From Chara braunii (Eukaryota; Plantae; Charophyceae): DNA of 64,000 nt. A program made the position numbers and the translations under genes. How positions within the stretch are numbered: the stretch's first letter is position 1; every line of letters begins with the position of its first letter. Where the stretch lies: assembly GCA_003427395.1 (NCBI GenBank), contig BFEA01000004.1, positions 3,690,334 through 3,754,333 of the forward strand, in the 5' to 3' direction. Of this stretch, positions 12,401 to 23,221 are shown in pieces. The notes below the pieces were generated by a model, which saw nothing but the letters and a program-made list of their open reading frames with translations, had not been told where the DNA came from and did not search any database.

Positions 12401-15400
12401 TTTTCCTTTTTTTTCCTTTTTGTTTAAAAGGGGGGGGGAGGTGCCGGCGGAATAGAAAATGTAATTCGGATCTGGCGTGGCCAGTTAGCGGCCGTTTTTG
12501 AATTTCACGCGTCTTGTAAACCTGTTCTCCCGCTCTGCAGCCCCGCGCCATCTTCCCATCTTGCTGAAGTTGTTGTGCATCTGCCTCCTGCATGTCTCTT
12601 CGTCTTCCCTCTAAGCGAAGTTTGCTTCCCTCCCTCTCCTTCCCTTGCGAATGATTGGTTGTTTGATTGGGATGGTCGGGGCAATGTGGTGGCCGCGGGA
12701 AGCGCACCCCACTTGGACGACCACCCCAAACACGCAGACCATTCGACTCGCCTCCTTCGATCCTTCCGGAACATTTGCCCTTCTTCTGTCCTGATCACCT
12801 ACACCCGACACTTCGTGCAGCCTCTCCGCCGCCTTCCGCACTATAAATTCTCGCAACCCCTTCCTCTCGCTCTCTTTGATCTCGGCTGCAAGCTGCGCAA
12901 GCTATGGGCAAAGCCCGTGGTGCCGGAAAGGCTCGACATGCCCCGTGGTGGGCGGAGTGACAGCGGGTGGCAGAGTTAGCAGTAGGCTTGGGGTAAGGCA
13001 GTTGGAGGGACTGGGCGGTGGTGGAGATCAGACGCCGGTAGCGGCAGGGCCGTGTGGCTATGGTTGGTTGTGGTTTGACGGATTGGGGACTAGGCCCGGA
13101 GCGGCCAGTTGAGACAATTATGTATTTGTAAGACGAAGTTTTTTCTCCATTGCTGCTTTGTCCCCGTGTGATGTGTGCAAGTTCCCCAATGTGGAGGGAG
13201 GGATGGGTGGGGAGGTTATACTGGTCAGGGGATACGAGTGGGGAATGGCAAGGGAGAGAGGTGGGCACACGAGCCGAAGTCCCCGGGGACTATCCCCTTT
13301 CTTTCAAGGACTGGATAAAGGTGGGAGCCAGCATCCCTCTGCGGCCCACAAACGAATTCTCAGACCCTTTCCCACCACACGCGCTGTCACTAGAGGAGAG
13401 GTTCTAGTGAGAAGTGGTATATCCAGGGGGCCCGGTATCTAGTACGGCATGTGATGCGCAACCTCACGGCCCGCACGACATTCTGTACTTCGGACGCCGA
13501 TCATAGTTATTAGGGGCGTGGCCGAGGATTTTTAGCCATGGGGGTTGAGCCACCCGGTCGAAACGGGGGACTCTTACTTCAGGCCAAGGTGCCCAGGCCG
13601 GGGCTTGAGCTGTCGCCGGGGGCGAACGACGGCGTCCTACGGGCCGACCGCCATTCCCCCATGGAAAAAGGAAAGAAAACAAAACGAGAGGGGAGGGGAG
13701 AAGGGAAACGAAGTTCCGTTCCCCGAGGCGCGGGGTTTGCGCGGCCCTTGGGGGCGAAGGCCCTAAGAACAGGTTTAGGCTTCGTTCTCAGACTCGTCGA
13801 GTCCGTGCGGATGGCGCGGCACGGGCTAGCTTGGGGTTGGGCAGGTCGATGGGCCCGAGGTTCGGAAATGGACCGGGAGCGCACTCGCGTTGCGGGAGAC
13901 TTCGGGGAATCGAGTAACCCCTTCGTACCCCAGGACCAACCGTCGCCACGAGAACGAGTCTCCCTGGCGACACCAGTGACAATTAAATAGTGGTCGCCAG
14001 GTGGCGTGCACAGCGGATCAGAGCAACACCGTGAGGTCTGTGTACGACAAAATTAAGGGTGGGGAAGTAAAACGCTCAATCAGCACAAACCCACTCCCGC
14101 CTATATGGCACGCCTGGGTCGGGTTATAAAGATGGATTGGCTCAGTATGCTGCAGCAGGCTCTGCACGTCCGCATCACAGTATATGCCATCGTCATCTGC
14201 GACTGGGAAAGGCGGAAGCACGCCACCACTCGCTCTCTCATAACTGGTGTTGCTCCCCACTAATAGATCGGAGCCATCTATAAACCTTTATATTATTATA
14301 TTCCTGCCATGCCGCGCGAAAGAAAAGGATGTGGACGGGAAAAGAGGTTATGAGAGAGCGAGTGGTGGCGTGCAAGAAAAATGTGGCGATGAGGCGGGTA
14401 GAGTAGAGTTGGTGGAAGAGGGAAGGCGGGAAAGGATGCCTGTTAGAAGGGAACGGAGGGCAGCCCGCGTACTGATGGAGGGTGAGGTAATTAAGGGGAC
14501 AACGAGATAACGACCAGAGATGAAGCCCGAGCGCCCACATCTCCACGTATGTGAACGGTGGACTGCGGTGGTGGAGAGGATTGAGCCTGTGAAGAACTTC
14601 TTCTACGGCGTTTGCTTTTGGATCCCTCGGTGGTGGTGACACCATCTCCTCCAGGCTCCTCCTGCAGTGGCTCTCGATTGCGCGCCAGATCACCTTGTAG
14701 TAGCCACGAAGCTCGTCCGTCCGACTCTTGCACTAGCCGCTTTCCTTCCGCCTTTTCCCGCCTCCTTTGAGTTGCGGCTTTGTCTTCTTCCTTACTCCGT
14801 TCGCTGGAGCTACCCAATCTGCCCGACTCACTTTCTTTTAGCTCGCCCTCCTCTGACTCGTGGTAATCGGGGTCGTCACATTCCGCCCCCGAGTTTTCTT
14901 CTTCTTCTTCGCTCCCCTCCTCTCTCTCTTCCTCCTCTTCATCTAGCTCTTCTGTTGCTTCCAGCCTTCGAGTGATCGGATCCCACAAGGTGAGATCGGT
15001 CACGTCAATGACCAGATAGTGGCCCGAGGAGGGGTAGTAGGAGTTGTCTCGGTCGAGCTCCGTACACGTGGACCACAGTAGATGTGGCACCAACGTACAG
15101 GTAAGCACCGTCGGTGTGGCCAGCTCGTCACAGTGCGACAAGATATCCAGAGGTAGATCGTCAACGAGCTGCGTCAGAAACACCACAATCTCGCTTGTGA
15201 TTGGCTCCAAATGGTCGTCCCTCACCTTTCCGAATAGAATCCCTAACAACTCTCCTTCCGTGTCCGTCCTCCACACGTGGATTATCATCATCTCCACGTC
15301 ATCATCGGGGACTTCGTCTTCCCGTCCTTATCGGTCGGCTCCGCCCAATGGAAGATCACTTCGAGAAGGCAGAAGTTGAGCGCGGCATACACGTTCCACC

Positions 15401-16300
15401 ACTCAGCCCACTTGTCGGCATCAAGGATCGACACGTCCAGTTGCCTGATCCGAAAAGAAAGAGGGACGTCCATAGCGGACTGCCAGAAGGTAGGGAGATC
15501 ATAAGGAAGACTGAAGGCCGAGAGGCGGTGCCGGTTCATGCAGGCGGCACAAAGGGAAGAAGCTCCGAGATGATGACGTCCAGCGTAGTGAGAGAGAGCC
15601 TGAGCTGGCTGAGCTCGATGTCGTTGTTGGAGTCGATCCGATCGCCTGGCCGAGCTAACAGCTAGACCCACTCATCCGTGAGGTCCCGTGCCCAGAGTCG
15701 CAGTTGTCGGAGAGCGCCTAGATGACCGGACAGATGCAACACCGTAACGTCGTTGGTGAAGGCAACGATCACTGTCACGTGGCTGACGCCTGGTGGAGAC
15801 AGCCGCAGAAAAGTCGACACCTCGGCCAACACCCACGTTCGATCACTGGTCCACACAAACCGAAATTCCGCCGCCACGTGAACGGTTGTCGTAGTGAAGA
15901 AAGCTGCAAAACGGAGCAAATCGGGATTCGATAGAGGTCGCTGTACCTGCTGGATCAACGAAATATGCCCTCCAGGTCTCATTAGACGTTCGCTAATAAC
16001 CTGCTCGGTAGAAAAGCTCATGGCGATGGGGGAGGAGGTAGAGACGAAGGCTGAATGGAGGGGGAATCAGCGTAGTCGAGTTCGAGATCATCGCCTTCCT
16101 CTTCAGAATCGAGGGACGACGTCTACGATGGGGGAGAAGGAGAAGGAGGTTAGGGACGAAGATATGACACTTGTCGAATGATCGGTCGAACCAATCGGCT
16201 ACCTGAGACCTCTGGCGCAAGCGGCACCATGTTCACTCCGCTAAGACCGAGCTCGACTATGCAAAATCGCCCGAAGAATCGTGGCGCTAACTTGCCCTAG
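9480..16300 (+). mobile_element. Gypsy 3' region: integrase C-terminus plus long accessory region with extra ORFs
   Basis: ORF 9538..10116 has an integrase C-terminal pattern (PRYKIGDLVQV...KIYPRYTDIYEV...HAAALRPF). It is followed by decayed sense ORFs (10100-11950, 12575-13400) and a decayed antisense ORF (16100-14490). Confidence 0.7.
14491..16100 (-). pseudogene. Retroelement accessory ORF of unknown function, with acidic tract
   Basis: Collinear frameshifted ORFs 15662..16021, 15288..15671 and 14491..15297. Globular-looking sequence (WRTDTEGELLGILFGKVRD) followed by a poly-E acidic region. Confidence 0.55.
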
Positions 16301-16569
16301 CGAGCACATTTCCTTACCTGCACTATGTCCCCTAATTTAAATTGGGGATGAGGCCCAACGTTCCCATTTCGGGCCTCATAGGTCCGGAACTGTCGTCCAT
16401 GGGCCATTTCGGTCATCCGCTATCTTTTTCGGGCGAACCGGGGTTTATTTTCTTTTATTTATATTTTATTATTTTTTATGTTCGCGTTCAAAGGTTTTTG
16501 GATGCTGGGCGAACATGCTCGCCTTCACCTCCGAACGCGAACACAATGTTACGTAGATTGCGACATATG

Positions 16570-17230
16570 AAGAGTAATAGAGACGCCATGTATGACTAGG
16601 ATCCTTAAGACTTCTCCTCTGAATTCTGCCCCTTTGTCCGTTAAGATTTCCTCGGTGTCTTGATGCATTCCGAGGAAACGGTTGACATACCTCACAGTTT
16701 TCACCGTCTGTCGCGTTTTGCAGGGATAGGCCTCGATCCGTTTTGAGAAATGATCCACGAATACCAGAAGAACTGAATATTTGCAGCTATTTGGTCCAGG
16801 GGGCACAAGAATATGTGTCGTGTCCATGCTAATCCTTTGGAACGGCCTTTTGACTACAGTAGGCAATATCGACCGAGGTGGCTGAATCGGCACTTTGTCT
16901 GCCGCGTAGATCGGACAATTTTTAACGATGAATTTAACATCGTCCCGGATATTGGACCAATACTATTCGTTTTTGTCAATGGATGCCTCCGTGATCCTGA
17001 CAGCAAAGTGAGCGACGGTTTCGTCGTGGGCCGACCTAACCCAGTCGTACCTCATGAACGGATGAGGCACCGACATCCAAATCCCAGTATCGTCAATCTT
17101 CCGTTTTTCCAACCGTACGTCGTTCCATCGGTAATCTTGTGCCCTCTGATTAGCCCGCATCCGATCTTCCTTGGTGAATTCCAGGAGGGAGTTCCCGACT
17201 ACCGTGGCTATCAAGACGCATTTGTCCATA
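16570..17230 (-). pseudogene. Gypsy integrase, N-terminal zinc domain and core (truncated)
   Basis: AHDETVAH...YWSNIRDDV..CPIY, RPFQRISMD, FVDHFSKRIEAYP and EILTDKGAEFRG. Similarity stops after HGVSIT, before the third catalytic residue. Confidence 0.9.
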
Positions 17231-17318
17231 CTTTCGCACGTCGAAATTTGCGTGTTTTCTCCAACCCTTCGGACGTGGCTTCAAGGAATCGAGCCTCCGA
17301 TGGGATTTTATTGGTTCG

Positions 17319-17480
17319 ACACAAAGGACATAACCAGGCTTTATCTGCGTTCCTGTTTTAAATACAAGAGTCATGGGCCCGAGAAACACACTGTCCACAG
17401 TCTACCCACTCGACATACCCTTCATCCCTAGGATGTACAGGAACCGAATAGAATCGTGATATCGCTTCACAAAAATAACA
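17319..17480 (-). other. PHD-finger pattern inside pol, between RNase H and integrase
   Basis: In frame with RNase H: CYFC-x23-CGQC-VSRA-HDSC-I*NRNADKA-WLCPLC, i.e. C4-H-C3 with the WxCxxC end. One internal TAA. Confidence 0.8.
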
Positions 17481-17576
17481 AAATTTATCAAGCAAGGAAA
17501 GAAGAGAAGAAGTTGAGAGGGGAGAAAGGGGGCCTCTAGAGTTACCTTCTCCACCCATCGCCATCGTGTCCACGCG

Positions 17577-19500
17577 TCACTTTCTGGAAGTTCGGGGGAG
17601 AATGACCACTTCGTTGTACGGGGATCCCTTGCCTGGCTCCGGCTCTTTCCACGGAGTGATCTCTTCACTTTCGGCCACCTTGCTTGGCCGATGCAGTCGT
17701 GTCAACCCATCTGCATTCCCGTGCTTTGTCGTCTTCCGATTGATGATGTCGAAGTCATATTCCCGTAGTCGGACAACCCATCGCCCAATCATGCCCGTAC
17801 AATTAGTGAGCCTCTTGAGAGTCAGCAGGGGCTCGTAATCCGTAACGAGGAGGAACTTATGTCCGTATAGATACAGATGGAAGTGTTGAATTCCCCAAAT
17901 GACCGCGTAGCATTCTCCGAATCGTTCCTTCCTTCGTTGGGTACAATTCGTGAGGCGTAGTCGATGACGTGTTCGAGACCGTCCTTCCCTTTCTGGGCCA
18001 AAATAGTGGAGATTGCCTTAGGCTGCCAGTCTGTAATAACGATGAATTGCTTACCCGGATCAGGCCGAATCAAAATGGGCGCGAAGGCTAGGGCCTCCTT
18101 TAAGGTGACAAAGGCCTGCTCGCATTCCACGTCCCACTTCAGTGGGGGGTCCTTACGTAAGAGGTTTCTTAGAGGCCGGTAATACGAGGTCGGTCCTAGA
18201 AAGGCTCGAACATGTGCCAGCGACGTGGGCGTAGGGGCTTCTCGAACCGCCTCGACTTTTCTCGAATTTGGCCTCAAACCTCCTCGTGTCACCACGTACC
18301 CAGAAACGAGATTTCCAGGAAGGAAAAACTCACTTTTCTCCAGCGCAATCTTGAGTCCAGCATCCCGCAATGCCCCGAGTGTCCATTCAATGTGATGAGC
18401 ATGTCCTGAAACGGTTCAGAATACACCAAGATATCGTCTATGTACACAATGACGCAGAAGTTGATCATTCCCACTGTCAGTCGGGTCTTTGTTGACGAAC
18501 TTCTGAAAGGTGATGATCATCGCTCTCAAAGGTTGTCGACGCATTGCATATTCCCATAGGGCAACGAACCCGCTGCCACGTGCTTTCAAACAATACGAAC
18601 GCCAATTTTGACCGATCCTCCTCCTTAACCAGGATATGATGGAATCCACGGCGGATATCAAACTTACAAAAATATTTGGCACACCGAATCGCATCCAACA
18701 AATCATCAATCCTGGGAAGCGGGTACACATCCTTGATCGTGAAGTCATTCAACTTCCTATAATCGATGCATATGCGAATCCACTCGTTCTTCTTCGCAAC
18801 TAGAACTACGGGCTACGAAACACCCGCGGACGCGTCCGCGGAGTCGAGCTCGGAGGGCGGTCGTGATCACGGCCGCCTCGGCTGCGACCTCGGTTGGGTG
18901 CGGCCGCAAGTTTCATGAATTGTTTTAGACTTGAACAAATTCTCAAAAAAAAAATATATATATATGGGGTTGTAGATCTTTTCGATATTATGTGTTTTTT
19001 TATTTTAAATTCAGTAAAGTTTTGGATATAACCGCAAGGCAAAAGTTGTTCAGTATATTTTTCTGCATAACATATTTATTTTTCAGATTTTTTTTTTTTT
19101 TTTTTTTTTCATGGACGTGGACCGCCCCTTAATATTCGGTTAGGAAATCTGCGATTAGTCGATGAGTTTCATCGGACACGTATTGGGGCACATGTAGTTC
19201 ATAGAGCTGTCCGTGTATGTTAACTGTCACCTGTTTCGTACCCATTTTACTACCATTTCTAGGGGGAGGAGCTTAGATAAATGAGTTGTCCGATCGCCAG
19301 CAGAACACCGTAACGACCAACTGGGCGCTTCGTGAATTGCCACGTGTTCTTCTCGTGTTATGCCGTCATCGATGTCCTGCAAGCTTACGGGTTTTTCGGC
19401 GATCTCGATCCCGAGTTCGTAGGGTTGTCGCGCCCAGGGGGTTCCAAAGCTCCGTCTTCGGCGCCCTGTCGCAGCAATCAAACTTCCTCCCTGTAGAGAG
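17577..19500 (-). pseudogene. pol: Gypsy reverse transcriptase and RNase H
   Basis: RT motifs SPVVLV..RICIDYRKLNDFTIKDVYPLPRIDDLLD, KFDIRRGFHHI and VYIDDILVYS. RNase H motifs FIVITDW..AISTILAQK and RWVVRLREYDFDII..HGNADGLTR. Interrupted at ~18815-19130 by foreign DNA. Confidence 0.93.
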
Positions 19501-19653
19501 CAGGGAACACGGTGATGTAGTAATGTTGCAGAATGTTTACTTGTCGCTGTATCTCGAGAGAAGCGGGGTGGTGGCTTCGTATAAGGTCTCAGGAGGTTCC
19601 AAAGAATCAGCCATTCGAGACACTTGCACGAGTGGTTCCCCTAAGATTAGGGC

Positions 19654-20300
19654 TCACGTCCATTGGAGACTTATTTCCGTAAGGACGAATGTTTTCGTTG
19701 TTTTCTGTCGAACGTGGTAACGCATCAGTTGGTGCACCATATCTCGGATTACTGGGTTTGATTCGTCCTCACTGTCAAAAGATTTGCTTGACAACATCGG
19801 TGTCTTTTCTCCTTGGTTCGTTTCCTTCCATGTGATCACAAGGAGTGGTTCTCTAGTCTCGGGGGAGCTTTTCCGGGTGGCAGGCAACGTAGTCCGGAGA
19901 GTTAGGCGCATCAGGATAACATATGGTTTCCCGCCCGTATTCTGCAAAATGACTGACTGCCTCTCGAAATCGAGATTGGCTCTTAGTGCGGTAAGGGCTG
20001 GTAATCCTAAAAGAACATCATATGCATTTACGTTTAGTACCATGACATCTCCCAACGTGTGAACTTGCCCTAGTCGAAACGCAACATTTGTCATCCTTCC
20101 TACTACCTTGATCTTTTCCTCGTCGGCGGAGACAAGGGGATCTCCTTTTGCCAACGTGATCAGATCCTTTCTTCTTCCTGCCCGTTCCACGACCCTCAAA
20201 GAAAGGTTAGGACCGCGGCCCATGAGTCGATAGCATTGTATGGATTTCCCCAGACTCCTAGGTCACATTCCGTGGATTCCCACGGAATGGCCTTAATTTC
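19654..20300 (-). pseudogene. Gypsy aspartic protease
   Basis: Retropepsin-like ...VVGRMTNVAFRLG...YDVLLGLPAL, with a degenerate D-S-G site near 20230. Confidence 0.75.
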
Positions 20301-20769
20301 AAAAATGATCGTTTTTTCGGATGAGTCCTAACCGTATCGGGTCCGAGGTGCTGGGGACATCGGGTTTGTCTTTGCGGGCAGGGGCTTTCCCTTTTATGGC
20401 TGCTTGCTTAGCGAGGGCAAACCGTTTCCGGTTTGCCTTGCAATACTGCAGTATTCGTTCATTCGCCTGTTCCGATATGGACAACAGGTGTCCGATAGGT
20501 AAGGGGATTTGATGATCCAGGGCTCGGACGATATTCAGGACATCAATTGCTCCCGTAACGAAGGCAGGACCACCCGCTTTTACTTCTCCGGGGGACGGTC
20601 TCCATTCTACTATTTCTCGTTGCTCGTTCGCTGGCGGATGGTTCCAATCATTCCCAACCCTGGGTAGCCCAGCAACATATATTGATCGAGCGAGATAAGT
20701 TCTGCAGCTTCCTCGATGGTAGCTATCGCCCCCCCCCCCCCTTCTATCTCCACAATCATCGTGCCCACT

Positions 20770-22790
20770 TTTCCTAGTCCGTTGCTACCGGTGTTGCGGT
20801 CACAGGGGCAGCTCCTAGCCGGACTTGAGCTGGTCGGTTGGGGCAGTCTCGGGCTAGGTAGCCGGGCTGGTGACACGTGTAACAAACACCTAGATTAGCC
20901 GCCACACCGCTTACCGCCTGAGTGGGGGCTGCTGCTACTTGTGTTATGGGCGAAACTCGGACAACAATAGGGCGCATCGATCTCATCATGGCTTCTATTC
21001 GAGCATTATGCTCGCGGTGTTCTTTCTTGCTTTCTTGCATCAGGCTAACCAATGTTCGGGTTAACTCCAGTATGGCGTTTGAATCACTTGGTTTTGCGGG
21101 GGGATCCGGGGAGGCACAGGTGGGGGAGGTGTAGGTGTAACCATCAGAGGCAGTCCCGTGGTTGTGTCTGGTATCAATCTCAGGTATGTAACACAGTCCA
21201 CGAAGACCATGTTTTCAAATTTCTTTTGGAGCGCAACTAGTTCGGCCTTCGCTCTAGCCAATTCCGAAGAGTCCCCTTCCTTGGTGTGGTCTTCCCCTTC
21301 TAAGAAGCTTGCGGCAAACTTTTTCTCCATTTCTTATGCAACGTCCATGATCTATTGCATGGTGTCATTGATCGGGGAAAATTGCTTTCGCAGCTTCGCC
21401 CTCATCGTTCGACTACGAAGCCCATCGATAAACAAATCTCTTCCGACGTTTTCGCCCCGTTCAAACTTAACAAACAACCTATAGAACCTACTGCGGTATT
21501 CGGCGACGGATTCGAGGGGCTTCTAGACTCGGTCTTTGATCATGAAGAGGGTTTGCTCAGGGTGGATGTAATCACATCGATTTCAGAAGTCCCTTTCGAA
21601 GTCGGGAGATTTACCCAAACGTAAACAGTGAACCAATGGTGCACATCCCCTCCCAAACTAGCGGGGATGTTGATCTTGGCCTCAGCATTGTCGTGTGGGT
21701 AGCCATGCTCCGACCAGATGATGTACAGGGTAAAAAAGGTATAAATCACGTGGAGTTGTCGGGGTGCGTGCTCGAGGGGCTAAGGCTCCACCAACGTTTG
21801 GTGTCGGGTTGGCATTCATATTGGCAGCCTGCCGACCGACCGACCTACTCCGAGATATTATAGGGTCGCGCCGTGGCGTGTTCCTCTGCCTAGGGCGTCC
21901 TCTGTTCGCCAGATCGTCCCTTATACCCTACCTGATCGACAATCTCTGGGCCTGCCACGTGCCAGCTCCGATTTAACCTCATGCCCGACGTGACTTCCTG
22001 ATCGGAGTGTGAGTGGGCCTGGAAGTGCGAAACGGGGGTGTGCCAAGGGTTTTAGGAAAGTGGGAATGGAGTCCCAGATCGTAACTGAGATCTCTTGTGA
22101 CAAGCTCTGGGATATGAATGGAGGAGGCTAGGCGCGGTCTTTGCTCCGGGGAACAGAGTTATCCCCTCCGTTGGTTCCGTCATCCAGGTCGAGTCGTGTC
22201 TGGTGCACTATCGGGACGCTATGGGTGTTTCGTCGATTCGTCACCTGTCGTCGCTGCCGACGTCGGATTTCTCAAGTCTTTGAATGCGACGTGGCTGGCC
22301 TCAATCTAAGATTGTTCGCCCGTCATTCTTCCTCCAAACGAGTTCATCGAATGAAGTCGGAGACTTGGTATTTGTGGTCCCACAGACAATCTGAGCGTAG
22401 GGGTTGGGGCCAGTAAGGAGGAATTGCGAGTTAGGGGACGATGGTTAGGGAGTGGTAGGGCAGGTGTGGTGATATTGAGGGAATTTGGTCCCTAAGATAA
22501 TGATTCCGGGCTCCGCGAGGACGTGAGTGGGCTAGGGTAACTGGGGAGATGGGGTTACGTCCCAAGGCCTGGTCGAGGTCCCACTCGCAAATACGTTCGT
22601 TCCCCGTCAAGTAGGGAAATTCCAGAGGTTCCGCCCAGGGTCGTGCAGGTAAACAAGAGTGCTCCCAATATTTATGGAATTCCCGATCCCTCAAACACTC
22701 GCGGGCACTGACACGAAAGGGAACGCTGAAATTTATGTTGTAAGTCAGGGTGGAACGCCAGCCATTTGCAAAATTAGTCGAGTTCAAGTT
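20770..22790 (-). pseudogene. gag: Gypsy gag (long N-terminal region, zinc knuckle)
   Basis: Broken ORFs ending in CYTCHQPGYLARDCP (CX2CX4[H>Y]X4C knuckle) in ORF 20774..21052. Confidence 0.75.
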
Positions 22791-23221
22791 TCACAGACGA
22801 ATGTGCAGGCAGCATTCGTCTTTGGTCAGGCCTATGTATGCGTGCACGGAACCTCTCCTTCGATCAGATGGATGAAAGTTAGCGATTCGTGAGATGGATC
22901 ATCCTATTGTGAGACAATCGTTTAATATCAATTCATACACAGACAGAATCACGCCTATCATCCATGCATCTAGCTCACAGACAAACAAGAAGATTCGAGG
23001 ATTATGCAACAATTCTTTGGCCAATCGACCCCAACATCATAAAAGGCTCGATCGCCAGGAACCAATTAATCATATTTGCCGATTCAAAAAGACAGAGACG
23101 GGGAGTGGGGAAAAACACTCCACATGTCCGTTTTCGAAGAAAGGAAGCAAGGAAAATAAAAAATCTGAGATGCCGATAAAAAAGAAGGACAAGCCGACTG
23201 GCGGCAATACCAAAACTACTT

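Larger units (their letters stand above)
16570..22790 (-). mobile_element. Degenerate Ty3/Gypsy LTR retrotransposon, gag-pol region
   Basis: Domain order gag (CCHC knuckle), protease, RT (YIDD), RNase H, integrase on the minus strand is the Gypsy order. Many stops and frameshifts. No LTR pair identified. Confidence 0.93.

Noticed and set aside
13960-14003. Primer-binding site / LTR boundary (CCTGGCGAC...GTCGCCAGG)
   Set aside because: No paired LTR or TG...CA ends could be identified; only a short inverted repeat is supported.
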